From: an uncultured Pseudomonadales bacterium | GTDB lineage: Bacteria; Patescibacteriota; Microgenomatia; UBA1400; PJMF01 | Direction: 5' to 3' | Length of the DNA stretch: 63,228 bases | Assembly: GCA_964404025.1 (NCBI GenBank) | Contig: CAYOIJ010000005.1 | Coordinates: 1-63,228, forward strand | Shown here: positions 9,025-18,486 of the stretch, in pieces | Numbering within the stretch: the stretch's first letter is position 1 | How the letters are laid out: each line of letters starts with the position of its first letter | Made by a program: the position numbers and the translations under genes | The notes under the pieces: generated by a model | Databases searched by the model: none | What the model saw: only the letters and a program-made list of their open reading frames with translations | Told to the model about the DNA's origin: nothing

Positions 9025-9417
9025 TTATTCTTCACTCTCCTCATCCTCTACTTTTGCTTTTAGAGCTTTTTTATCAGCAACAACCTCATCCTCTTTTAAA
9101 ACCAATAAATGACGCATTACTTGATTGTGTAGAGTCATTTCTTTATCTAACTTCTGAGCTTTGCTTGGACTTAACTCTATTAAAAGATGGGTAAAAATAG
9201 CTTCGATATGAGCTTTGCCAGCGTGACGAATTTTGTAGGCTAAGAGCTTGCGCTCCCAATCAACTTCTTCAATAATTTTTCCCTTGAACTTCGTAATCAA
9301 ATCAGTAATTTCTTTGCGAATTTTAGCTACATCGGCATCCAAAAGATCACCTGTTACTAGGTAAGTTAATTCATATTCTCTTTTGATTGATTCTTTGACC
9401 AACTTCATCTGTTCCAT
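9025..9417 (-). CDS. rpsF: 30S ribosomal protein S6
   Basis: REYELTYL, WERKLLAYKI, VMRHLLV; upstream of ssb. Confidence 0.93.
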   Translation of the reverse strand: MEQMKLVKESIKREYELTYLVTGDLLDADVAKIRKEITDLITKFKGKIIEEVDWERKLLAYKIRHAGKAHIEAIFTHLLIELSPSKAQKLDKEMTLHNQVMRHLLVLKEDEVVADKKALKAKVEDEESEE

Positions 9418-9534
9418 TCCAGTTCGCGAAAAAAATTGTCGGAAACAATTCTTTCCTTGGATAATTGATAAATTTAGCGAACTCTTGAAGGGTATTTTAG
9501 TATAGATTCCTTGAAATTACAAGCAAAAATAAGT

Positions 9535-10668
9535 TTAGCGCCCCACCATAAACTCGACCACATCTCCATCTTGCATTAAATAGTCTCTTCCTTCTTGGCG
9601 AATTTTGCCAGCTATTTTAGCTGCCTGCCAACCCCCTAAGGAAACAAAGTCACTGAAACTAATAATTTTAGCGCTAATAAATTTATCGTAAAAATCACCA
9701 TGAATAACGCCAGCAGCCTGACGCGCGCTACTGCCTCGCTTAATTGTCCAAGCCTTAACTTCAATTTCACCTGCAGTTAAAAAACTTTGCAGTTCTAATG
9801 TTTCATAAGCAACTTGAGCTAGGCGCTCTAAACCACTTTCTTTTAAACCTAAATCCTCAAGATAAGCCTGCTGGTCTTCACTGCTTAGACTAGCTAATTG
9901 GCTCTCAATTTGAGCAGAAATAATCACTATTTGTGCCTGCGACAAACTAAGTTTATTTGCCCATTCTTTTTTTAAGGCGTCGCTGTTACTCAAGCCATCT
10001 TCGTCGACATTGATTGCAAAAATTTCAGGCTTGGCCGTTAGCAAACATAGCTCTTTAGCAACTGGGGCTTCGGTTTCGGTAAATTGTTTTATGTCTTGAT
10101 TGTTTGACTGATTTAAATTGATGAGATTCTGACCCTTTTCTAATATTTCTTTAAATTTTTCAATAATTGACCAACGCAATTTTTCTTCTTTACTGGCTGA
10201 ACCTTTAGGAGGACGTTGTTTATTGAGGGTTTCCAGATCAGCTAATTGCAATTCTGTACGAATGGTTAATAAATCTTCTTCTGGAGAAATACTTCCCTCT
10301 CGCAAAACATTATCATCACTAAAAGCGCGCAAGACATGACAAATAGCTTGAGTTTCGCGAATATTAGCTAAAAATTGATTGCCCAATCCTTCACCCTGAG
10401 ACGCGCCTTTGACTAAACCAGCAATATCGACAAATTCTACTAAAGCATATTTGATGGGTGGCAAAGATTCTAGTTTTTCACTGCTTTGAGTAATTTCAGC
10501 TAAAGTTTGCAAACGTGCATCTGGCACCTCGACCACACCAACATTAGGTTCTATGGTGGCAAAAGGATAATTAGCAGCCAGCGCTACCTGTTTTTTTAAC
10601 AGAGCGTTGAATAAAGTTGACTTACCAACATTGGGTAAACCAACAATCCCGATAGATAATTGACTCAT
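9535..10668 (-). CDS. ychF: Redox-regulated ATPase YchF
   Basis: GLPNVGKST, NYPFATIEPN, DIAGLVKGAS.GEGLGN.FL, QDGDVVEF. Confidence 0.97.
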   Translation of the reverse strand: MSQLSIGIVGLPNVGKSTLFNALLKKQVALAANYPFATIEPNVGVVEVPDARLQTLAEITQSSEKLESLPPIKYALVEFVDIAGLVKGASQGEGLGNQFLANIRETQAICHVLRAFSDDNVLREGSISPEEDLLTIRTELQLADLETLNKQRPPKGSASKEEKLRWSIIEKFKEILEKGQNLINLNQSNNQDIKQFTETEAPVAKELCLLTAKPEIFAINVDEDGLSNSDALKKEWANKLSLSQAQIVIISAQIESQLASLSSEDQQAYLEDLGLKESGLERLAQVAYETLELQSFLTAGEIEVKAWTIKRGSSARQAAGVIHGDFYDKFISAKIISFSDFVSLGGWQAAKIAGKIRQEGRDYLMQDGDVVEFMVGR

Positions 10669-10841
10669 GGCAGTTATTGTAGCATTGAAAATAATTTAAG
10701 AATGGAATAATTTAAACTGTCCTATAATATTGAATTATTTGCTGTTTTATAGTAAAATATCACAGCAGTTGTTTCTTCATTATCGAACCGTGACTAAAGC
10801 AGTTGCGGAAATTCAAACGGTAGTGAAAAAAGGAGTGGCGC

Positions 10842-11099
10842 ATGGAAAAGAGAAAATCAGGCGTCAATTGGTGGTACATAGTAATTGCATTATTGGTGGT
10901 GACAGTCATAGTACTCGCCATCATACCCTCTATGGGCAGTGCAGTCGCTGAAGACTGCCTCAGAGGCAATCAATATGCCTGCGTATATTTTCAAGCGCAG
11001 GAAAATGTCTACCGAGCTCAAGAAGAGCTCCGGTTGGCCAGAGAGGCTCTGGCTACTGCTAGGGCCGAATATAAAAATTCGGTATCGACAGAAGAATAG
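10842..11099 (+). CDS. Small membrane-anchored protein with Cys pair
   Basis: SD AAGGAG; N-terminal TM; CLRGNQYAC; followed by a terminator. Confidence 0.65.
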   Translation: MEKRKSGVNWWYIVIALLVVTVIVLAIIPSMGSAVAEDCLRGNQYACVYFQAQENVYRAQEELRLAREALATARAEYKNSVSTEE

Positions 11100-11116
11100 A
11101 TGAACAACTGCAAAAT

Positions 11117-11144
11117 AGCCCCGTCTGCAAAGATGGGGCTTTTT
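11117..11144 (+). terminator. Intrinsic terminator
   Basis: AGCCCCGTCT-GCAA-AGATGGGGCT-TTTT. Confidence 0.8.
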
Positions 11145-11166
11145 CTTGTTTATTTCACAAAATAAA

Positions 11167-11370
11167 TTATTTTTCCAAAGGCATCACAATCCAAGCAATG
11201 ATGTAGGCCAAAAGACCTGGAAAACCACCTGGAATACAAGTTAGAGCAAAAATGAGGCGCACCAGCACTGGATCAATTTCAAAATAGTTAGCGATACCGC
11301 CAGCTACACCAGCAATTTTTTTATCAGTTTTGGAGCGAGTAAGACGCTTGACTGCTTTTTTTTGAGGCAT
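11167..11370 (-). CDS. pspC: PspC-domain membrane protein
   Basis: RLTRSKTDKKIAGVAGGIANYFEIDPVLVR...YIIAWIVMP. Confidence 0.9.
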   Translation of the reverse strand: MPQKKAVKRLTRSKTDKKIAGVAGGIANYFEIDPVLVRLIFALTCIPGGFPGLLAYIIAWIVMPLEK

Positions 11371-11404
11371 TTGATCTTTCTTTATTAATTATTAATTTCT
11401 TGAG

Positions 11405-12571
11405 ATGAATTATTATACCAGATCAAGTAAAATAGGCTTGATGGAAAAATTTAGTAATTATCAAGATTCAAAGACACTACTAGCTCAATTACCAGTGTTT
11501 ATGCCCGATGCCACCCTGGGCGTAGTACGAAGTTTAGGACCTAGCGATCTCCAAGAGATCGGTCTGGATTGGCTGATGGTTAACACCTACCACTTAATTA
11601 ATCAGCCAGGAGAAAAAATATTAAAAGAAGTGGGAGGTTTAAAAAAATTAATGAATTGGAATGGTTTTTTAGCTTCTGATTCAGGTGGTTTTCAACTCTT
11701 TTCTCTAATTCAAAAAAATCCTAATTTAGGAAAAATCACTGATGAGGGGGTAGTTCTATATACTGGGCCCAAAAAACAAAAGAAAAAACTCTTTACTCCA
11801 GAAGACTCAATTCGCCTACAATTTGCTATTGGTAGTGATATTAAAATTGTTCTTGATGATTTTAGTCCGCCAGAAGCAGATGAAACACGTCTAGGACAAA
11901 GTGTAAAGAGAACTATTACTTGGGCAAAGCGTGCAAAGGCTGAATTTGATAAACAACTCCAACAAAAAAAGAGCTTGGAGCCTCGTCCCCTACTTCTCGC
12001 TCCTATTCAAGGACATGATCAACAAAAATGGCGCCAATACTGCGCTGATGCTCTACTTGAAATCGGCTTTGATATTTATGGTTTAGGTGGCTGGCCACTT
12101 GACCAAAATGGTAAATTTGATTATCAGCTTTCTCAATTTAATGCCAATTTAACACCCCAGCAAAACCTTCGTTTTGCTTTGGGTGTAGGTAGTCTAGAAA
12201 ACATAGTTCAATTGTTTTTTATGGGTTACCAATTTTTCGACTGTGTCTTACCAACCAGAGATGCTCGCCACCAGCGACTTTATGTGTTTAAAACAGACCC
12301 TCAGCAACTAACTCAGAAAGACTTAAAAAAAATCAATAACAAGAAAAAGTTTGATCAGCTTTTTGACTACTTATATATCGGACAAGGAAAACATAAGACA
12401 GATTTACGAGTAATTAGTGAACACTGTGATTGTCCAATCTGCCAAAAAAATCAGATCAGTCGCGCTTATTTACACCACCTTTTTAAGGTAAAAGATAGTA
12501 GTGCTTGGCGCTTAGCAACTTTGCATAATCTTCGGACATTTAAGTTGCTGATTGAAATCTTACGAAGATAA
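11405..12571 (+). CDS. tgt: tRNA-guanine transglycosylase
   Basis: PVFMP, NTYHL, DSGGFQ, FDCVLPTRDAR, Zn site CDCPIC...HN. Confidence 0.92.
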   Translation: MNYYTRSSKIGLMEKFSNYQDSKTLLAQLPVFMPDATLGVVRSLGPSDLQEIGLDWLMVNTYHLINQPGEKILKEVGGLKKLMNWNGFLASDSGGFQLFSLIQKNPNLGKITDEGVVLYTGPKKQKKKLFTPEDSIRLQFAIGSDIKIVLDDFSPPEADETRLGQSVKRTITWAKRAKAEFDKQLQQKKSLEPRPLLLAPIQGHDQQKWRQYCADALLEIGFDIYGLGGWPLDQNGKFDYQLSQFNANLTPQQNLRFALGVGSLENIVQLFFMGYQFFDCVLPTRDARHQRLYVFKTDPQQLTQKDLKKINNKKKFDQLFDYLYIGQGKHKTDLRVISEHCDCPICQKNQISRAYLHHLFKVKDSSAWRLATLHNLRTFKLLIEILRR

Positions 12572-12632
12572 AACAAAAAGTATTTAAAATTTCATCACGC
12601 TTAGGGTCATTTTCTCTAGCTAAAATTAAAGG

Positions 12633-13343
12633 GTGCAACAACGATCAATTCCCACTTATCGTCCGAGAGAAAAACTTAATTATTCTGGCACTACCAGCCT
12701 GAGCAACGCAGAGCTGTTGGCTATTATTTTAAGCAGTGGTCATAAAAATTTGCCTGTTTTGGATCTGGCTAAAAAAATTCTAAAAAAATTTCCCCTAAGA
12801 CTATTGCATGAATTGTTTACTCTCAAGAAGTTAAGCCGAGAACAAGAATTACTTAAAGATTTGCAAAACATACCAGGGATTGCCTTTGCTCAGGCTACAA
12901 AAATTATCGCTGCTATTGAGTTGGGTAGAAGAAGTATTTTGGAATCAAATTCCACTCCGCTGCGCTCTCCCCTTCAAGTTTTTAATCACTGTTCAGACTT
13001 GAAAAGCAAAAAGCAAGAATACTGTCTAGCTTTTTTTCTCAATGGCCAACAAGAGTTGCTACTTAAAAAAATCATCACTATTGGCGGTTTAAACTTTAAC
13101 TATCTTGAAGGCCGAGAAATTTTTGAAATTGCTTTTCAACTCCAAGCCAGCAACCTAATTTTAGCTCACAACCACCCCTCAGGAAACCTAGAGCCATCCG
13201 CTAATGACTTATTAGTCAGTAAAAAGTTAGCCCAACTAGCAGAAGCCATGGGTATTAATCTTATTGACCATTTAATCGTTTCTCGTCAAGGATATTTCTC
13301 TATAAGAGAAGAGTGTGGAGATTTAAAAAAACTAAATTGCTAA
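12633..13343 (+). CDS. radC: RadC-family JAB protein
   Basis: RPREKL, LSNAELLAIIL, AHNHPSGNLEPSANDL, DHLIV. Confidence 0.93.
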   Translation: MQQRSIPTYRPREKLNYSGTTSLSNAELLAIILSSGHKNLPVLDLAKKILKKFPLRLLHELFTLKKLSREQELLKDLQNIPGIAFAQATKIIAAIELGRRSILESNSTPLRSPLQVFNHCSDLKSKKQEYCLAFFLNGQQELLLKKIITIGGLNFNYLEGREIFEIAFQLQASNLILAHNHPSGNLEPSANDLLVSKKLAQLAEAMGINLIDHLIVSRQGYFSIREECGDLKKLNC

Positions 13344-13372
13344 ATTCAAGTAAATAAAAACCCCAGCTAAAA

Positions 13373-14899
13373 TTAGATTTTTCTTATCAGCAGCTCGTTA
13401 TTTTCCATATCTAAAAGCTCAAAACCCTGTTCTTTAATTTCTGCTCGATACTCATCAGCTTCGGCAAAATTTTTTTCTTGACGAGCAATTTGGCGCTTTT
13501 CTATCAAGTTTCGCACTTGAGCTGGCAAGTCTGCCAAGCGCAAGCCCTCTGCTTCCAGACCCAGGCTTTGAGCCAAATCCGGATCAATTGTTTTTTTATT
13601 TAAAGATTGACGTAGAGATTTTAGCAAGAACTCTTCACTCAATCCTGCCAAACCTAATCCTAAAACCTGATCAAACTCCATAATTAATCGGTATAAAATA
13701 TCAGCTTCTAAATCACTCTTAAGCAATTCCCACAGCACTGTTAGCGCTTCATTTGTTTTTAAATCATTTTCTAGAGCTGCAAAAAAATCACTACGCAACT
13801 GCATTGCTCCTGGGAAATCATTTAGTTCAATTTCTCGGTTGTCTTTGTTAGCACGCAACTTCAACACAAAATAAGTTAATTTTAAATAAGCCTTGTGAGC
13901 GGCCTGCAAACTATCCCAGGTAAAATTCTGTTCACTGCGATAATGACTCATTAAAAACAATAGGCGTAGAGCCTTAGGTAAATAGCCCCGTTCAATAATA
14001 TTGTCTATGGTATAAAAATTGTTGAGAGATTTACTCATTTTTTTTCCCTCAACAAACAAATGGTTGTGATGCACCCAATAGCGACTAAAGGGCTTTTTGC
14101 CAGTTACAGCTTCAGATTGAGCTATTTCATTACTATGATGGACGTTAATATGATCAATTCCTCCAGTGTGGATGTCGATCTGATCTCCTAAGTGCTCAAT
14201 GGCCATGGCACTGCACTCAATATGCCAACCTGGAAAACTCCGTTCATGCCAGGGGCTGGGCCAAACCATTTGTCTATTTTCTCCTGGACGTTCAAATTTC
14301 CATAGAGCAAAATCAGTTGGGTTTTTGCGCCCAGGCACTTTATCTACTCGCTCACCTTCACGTTGCGCTGTTAAAACTTGCTTAGCTAGCTGGGGATCTT
14401 GATTGATTAACTTTCCATAATCATCAATTTTGCTAGTATCAAAATATACTCCATCACCCTCTATCACATAAGTTAGCTCTTTTTTTTCAAGTGCCAAGAC
14501 CATTTCTAGTTGAGCTTGAATGTGATCTGTAGCACGACAGCTAAGACTAGGACGTAATACTCCCAACAAATCCATACTATAAAAAAAATAATCTTCAAAA
14601 CGACGAGCTAGAGCTGTTGCGTCAGTGCCATATTTTTTGGCACCTTTTTCTAATTTATCTTCACCAACATCATCGTCACTAACCAAATGGCCAACATCGG
14701 TGATATTTTGTACATGTTTGACTTCATAGCCACCATGACGCAGTGTTCTCACTAAAACATCATCTAAAACATATTTTCGTAAGTGACCTAGATGGGTATA
14801 ATCATAAACAGTTGGACCACAAGCATACAATTTAACAAAATTTTCTTCTTGTGCTTGAAATTCTTCTATCGATCGCGAAGCGGTGTTGTAAAGTTTCAT
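13373..14899 (-). CDS. cysS: Cysteinyl-tRNA synthetase
   Basis: CGPTVY, HLGH, PGWHIECSAM, DIHTGG, KMSKS. Confidence 0.98.
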   Translation of the reverse strand: MKLYNTASRSIEEFQAQEENFVKLYACGPTVYDYTHLGHLRKYVLDDVLVRTLRHGGYEVKHVQNITDVGHLVSDDDVGEDKLEKGAKKYGTDATALARRFEDYFFYSMDLLGVLRPSLSCRATDHIQAQLEMVLALEKKELTYVIEGDGVYFDTSKIDDYGKLINQDPQLAKQVLTAQREGERVDKVPGRKNPTDFALWKFERPGENRQMVWPSPWHERSFPGWHIECSAMAIEHLGDQIDIHTGGIDHINVHHSNEIAQSEAVTGKKPFSRYWVHHNHLFVEGKKMSKSLNNFYTIDNIIERGYLPKALRLLFLMSHYRSEQNFTWDSLQAAHKAYLKLTYFVLKLRANKDNREIELNDFPGAMQLRSDFFAALENDLKTNEALTVLWELLKSDLEADILYRLIMEFDQVLGLGLAGLSEEFLLKSLRQSLNKKTIDPDLAQSLGLEAEGLRLADLPAQVRNLIEKRQIARQEKNFAEADEYRAEIKEQGFELLDMENNELLIRKI

Positions 14900-14926
14900 A
14901 GCTAATTCATTTTAGCATTAAAAGAC

Positions 14927-15586
14927 TTATTCTGCTCCGGTCATGGTAGTGCGCTGGCGCTGTAAAATAGTCTTGGCTTTCTGAGAACCAGACATGCCAA
15001 CAACACCGCGAAAACCAGTTTGCCGACCCTGAGGAACTGGTAGATCTTGGGCTTTAGCTTCTTCTTCCTCTTGCTTCTTTTGCTCAAGAGCTTCTTGCTC
15101 TTGGCGCTTTTTAGTTAAACTTTCTTCATACAAGCGTCTCGCCTCAGCTTGTTCAGCCTCAGTAAGCTGTTGCCAACGAGCAGCTACTTGTTTTTGTTTA
15201 GCTTGTTCTTCTGGAGTTTTAACTTGAATATTGAGTAAACGATTAGGATCAAACATTGCCTTAAAAGTATCTAGCACGTCGGTGGCTGGTCGCTTAATTA
15301 GTTCCTGATTCAAACCAGCGACCGAGCGTGGCTGAGTAGCTACTTTGTCTGGAGTTTTGGCTAAGTCTGTTTTGTCAGCTCCTTGGGTGGCGGCCGCCTC
15401 TCTTTGTGCTCCCCCTTGTCCCAAGACACTAGCTTGTTGATTACTTTGCTTACTTTGACTACTAGCCGTAGCGGCCGCCTTATCTAAATGAGCCTCACTA
15501 ATACTACCCCCAACAGTTTGACGAAAACCACCGCTGCTAGTCAGCTGGCTTTTAACCCCAGCACCTAAACTTGATCCACCTTCCAT
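14927..15586 (-). CDS. Low-complexity/coiled-coil hypothetical protein
   Basis: Gln/Ala/Glu/Lys-rich long ORF. Confidence 0.55.
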   Translation of the reverse strand: MEGGSSLGAGVKSQLTSSGGFRQTVGGSISEAHLDKAAATASSQSKQSNQQASVLGQGGAQREAAATQGADKTDLAKTPDKVATQPRSVAGLNQELIKRPATDVLDTFKAMFDPNRLLNIQVKTPEEQAKQKQVAARWQQLTEAEQAEARRLYEESLTKKRQEQEALEQKKQEEEEAKAQDLPVPQGRQTGFRGVVGMSGSQKAKTILQRQRTTMTGAE

Positions 15587-15593
15587 AATAAAA

Positions 15594-15929
15594 TTAGTCT
15601 AATCTTTTTAATTGAGTAATTTGATTAGGCTTTTTCTTGTCTTCTTGATTCGAGATTCCATCTTGAGCCTCTTCTTGTTGCGCAAAATCATCATCAATTA
15701 CCTGAGAAAATTCTTCCCTTGTTTGAGCAATTTTTGCTTGATCCTCAAGTAATTTGGCTGCTTCTTTATCCTTAAGCTCAGCAATTCTTTTTTCTTGCGC
15801 TGCAATCTCTTCTTGAGATTGGACTTGCTGATCTTGTTTATTATCAGTATTGTTTTGTACGGGCTCTACTCCCTCTGGTGCTTCAATAATTTTTTGTAGC
15901 ATAGTTAAAGGATCCTGATTATCTGACAT
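15594..15929 (-). CDS. Acidic coiled-coil hypothetical protein
   Basis: ATG at 15929 lies 6 nt after TG-t-TATCCT. Confidence 0.55.
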   Translation of the reverse strand: MSDNQDPLTMLQKIIEAPEGVEPVQNNTDNKQDQQVQSQEEIAAQEKRIAELKDKEAAKLLEDQAKIAQTREEFSQVIDDDFAQQEEAQDGISNQEDKKKPNQITQLKRLD

Positions 15930-15976
15930 AGGATTAGGATAACATAAAAACAAGGCTAATAACTACTGGCGTTTTG

Positions 15977-16291
15977 TTAAAGCTTGTGTTGATCTAGGTG
16001 TTTTTCTTTATTTTTTCTCAGTTTGCGAGTTGCAGCGTCAATCGCATCAATAATTGCATCATAAAAATCATAACCTGCGACCTCAACCCATAAGTCTTGG
16101 CCTGGTACTTCAATTTTAAATTTTACTAAAACATTCTTGCTTTTACTACTTTTTTTGGTACTTCGTTCTAAGTAAACACGCACTGCTGTCACATTTTGAC
16201 CTAATTTATTTAATTTTTGACTATGACGCTCAATGAATTCGCGCAAAGCTCTGCTTACTTTTAAACTTTTGGCTTGAACAATCACTTTCAT
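15977..16291 (-). CDS. hpf: Ribosome hibernation factor (HPF/RaiA family)
   Basis: ALREFIERHSQKL, DFYDAIIDAIDAATRKLRK; SD GAGGA before ATG 16291. Confidence 0.85.
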   Translation of the reverse strand: MKVIVQAKSLKVSRALREFIERHSQKLNKLGQNVTAVRVYLERSTKKSSKSKNVLVKFKIEVPGQDLWVEVAGYDFYDAIIDAIDAATRKLRKNKEKHLDQHKL

Positions 16292-16492
16292 AGCTTCCTC
16301 TTCTAGCACTAAGGCTTACAACTTAATAATATTGTGTGTTTTCTTTGATTTAGTAAATAATTTTTTTGCAAAAAAACCGGCGACTCTGTAAACAAACAAA
16401 GCGCTCGGTTTAACTTTAGCAGATGCTGATCCATCTACACTTCAATATAACAAAAATAGTATTAAGAAACAAGTTTTGCTATAATGTTTTTT

Positions 16493-17065
16493 ATGACCGA
16501 AACTATTAATCATCAAATAAACAATACTTCTAAAAAAGAAGGTTTAGCACAATTTTCTCAACTTAAAAAAATAAAAGCAAAAATTTGCTTGGGTTTAGGC
16601 CTTTTGAGTTTAGCGTCTAGTCTTACTAGTTGTGATTCCTTTGCTGAGCATATGGCTCAAGATGATTTTTTTACTGGTCCTAAAGACAACAGCCCTATGG
16701 TTTTAGAAGGTCAAAGAATTTTTGCTGAGCAAGAAAATGAAGCAACTGAAGATCCTACACCATTAGCGACACATGAAGCTTTTGAGGTACCAGCTACTGA
16801 TCAAAGAATTCTACCTGGTTCGAGAGTAAGAGTAATAGAAACTGGAGGTATTGGACTTAACATTCGCTCAGAGGCTGGTGTTGATGCTCAATTAGTAGCA
16901 ACAGCTCAAGATGGAGATGTTTTTAAAGTTGTTAGTTTGGCTGGTGAAAAAGATGGTTACTCTTGGGTTTTAGTTAAACAAGAAGTAGATGATGGAGAAA
17001 GAGAAATAGTCGGTTATGCTGCAAGTGATTGGTTTCAAGTTTTGAAAGATGAACCCATCCAATAA
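16493..17065 (+). CDS. Lipoprotein with bacterial SH3 domain
   Basis: Lipobox LTSC; GLNIRSEAG...DGYSWV...GYAASDWF. Confidence 0.75.
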   Translation: MTETINHQINNTSKKEGLAQFSQLKKIKAKICLGLGLLSLASSLTSCDSFAEHMAQDDFFTGPKDNSPMVLEGQRIFAEQENEATEDPTPLATHEAFEVPATDQRILPGSRVRVIETGGIGLNIRSEAGVDAQLVATAQDGDVFKVVSLAGEKDGYSWVLVKQEVDDGEREIVGYAASDWFQVLKDEPIQ

Positions 17066-17066
17066 T

Positions 17067-17708
17067 TTATAACTTTCTTCTTCCCTCAAGGGCTCGTGCT
17101 AAAGTTACTCCATCCGCGTATTCAATATCAGCACCAATTGGCAAACCATGACCAATGCGAGTAATTGTTAACTCGCCACTGTCAATTTTTTTGGCAAAAA
17201 AACGATCATTTTTTAGCATTTCAGCAATATAAAGCGCTGTCGCCTCACCTTCCATAGTTGGATTGGTGGCTAAAATCAGTTCCTTAACCTGTAAATCTCC
17301 GGCTTTATTTTTTAAACGCTTAACAATGTCTCGCAAGTAAAGCTGATCGGGACCAATATTATTTAGGGGTGCAATTGAACCGTGTAAAACATGGTAATTG
17401 CCTAAATATTTACCGGAGTGTTCTATGGCTATCAAATCTAAGGCCTGTTCTACCACACACAATACTTCTTGATCTCGTTGTTTATCCTGACAAATATCAC
17501 AAGGATCTTGCTCTGCCACATTGTGACAAGTTTTACACATAACCGTTTCTCGTTTAAGTGCCAATAGTTTTTCAGAAAAGTCCTCTAGATGAGCTTCTGA
17601 AGTATGTAGTAAATAAAACACCAAGCGTTGAGCGGATTTTGGGCCAACACCAGGCAGAGTTTCAAATTTTTCAATTAAACGACGCAGTGCTTTAGGTAAT
17701 TTTTGCAT
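17067..17708 (-). CDS. recR: Recombination mediator RecR
   Basis: LPGVGPKSAQRL, C4 Zn finger, YHVLHG, ELILATNPTMEGEATA. Confidence 0.97.
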   Translation of the reverse strand: MQKLPKALRRLIEKFETLPGVGPKSAQRLVFYLLHTSEAHLEDFSEKLLALKRETVMCKTCHNVAEQDPCDICQDKQRDQEVLCVVEQALDLIAIEHSGKYLGNYHVLHGSIAPLNNIGPDQLYLRDIVKRLKNKAGDLQVKELILATNPTMEGEATALYIAEMLKNDRFFAKKIDSGELTITRIGHGLPIGADIEYADGVTLARALEGRRKL

Positions 17709-17711
17709 AAA

Positions 17712-18425
17712 TTATTCTGAATATTCCAAATCAAGATCTGACAGCTCATCTCGCCAAGGACTAAGCTCTTTTTTCACTAAAAAATCTTTAACAATTTGCC
17801 AAATTTTCTTTTCAACCTGTTCAATGCTGGGCTGAGCATCAATAACTACCCAACGAGCATTTTTAGCATTTTTTTTCTGATCTTTTTTTGCTAGTTCTAA
17901 ATATGATTGACGAACTTTTTGGTGAAAATCTTTGGCTTCCATATCCAAACGATTAACATCACCCGCGCCATTTCTTCTTTCAAGACCAATTTTTACTGGA
18001 ATATCAAGTAAGAAAGTAATATCTGGATAAGTTTTTTTGGTTGAAATATCATTCAATTGCTCAATTAATTCAATGCCAAAACCCCTTACCATGCCCTGAT
18101 AAACCACGCTACTATCCCGAGATCGATCCATGACGACTATTTTGCCAGCCTTCAGTGAAGGCAAAACTATTTCTCGATAAATTTGCGAACGAGCCGCTTG
18201 AAATAATAAAACTTCCGTAGTAAAAGCAATACCAATGTTTTTACTAGATAAAACTACTTCACGAATTTGCTCACTAATGGCTGTCCCGCCTGGTTCACGC
18301 AAAACCACTACATCCTTACCAGCTTCAATAAGACGATTCTTTAAACGCACAATTTGAGTAGTCTTACCGCCTCCCTCTCCACCTTCCAGAGTAATCAATA
18401 ATCCAGTTTTTTGCGCAGGCTTCAT
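17712..18425 (-). CDS. tmk: Thymidylate kinase
   Basis: EGGEGGGKTT, REPGGT, MDR, PDITFLLD. Confidence 0.96.
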   Translation of the reverse strand: MKPAQKTGLLITLEGGEGGGKTTQIVRLKNRLIEAGKDVVVLREPGGTAISEQIREVVLSSKNIGIAFTTEVLLFQAARSQIYREIVLPSLKAGKIVVMDRSRDSSVVYQGMVRGFGIELIEQLNDISTKKTYPDITFLLDIPVKIGLERRNGAGDVNRLDMEAKDFHQKVRQSYLELAKKDQKKNAKNARWVVIDAQPSIEQVEKKIWQIVKDFLVKKELSPWRDELSDLDLEYSE

Positions 18426-18486
18426 AAATTTACTTTCTATTTAGTCTTTTATTATATTTAGCAATAATTATAAAATCTTTTTTTAT

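Noticed and set aside
10760-10969. ORFs 10730..10951 (+) and 10760..10969 (-)
   Set aside because: They overlap the better-supported 10842..11099 gene, which has an SD, a TM segment and a terminator
11405-12571. TGT as DpdA-type DNA 7-deazaguanine modification
   Set aside because: tRNA-type motifs and housekeeping context; no dpd, queC/D/E or folE neighbours
12633-13343. radC as marker of a mobile element
   Set aside because: Full-length chromosomal type with N-terminal HhH region among housekeeping genes; no mobility genes nearby
16380-16440. Fluoride riboswitch (GATGG...AAACCG resemblance)
   Set aside because: Lacks the GCTRATGAC 3' element and pseudoknot; no crcB downstream
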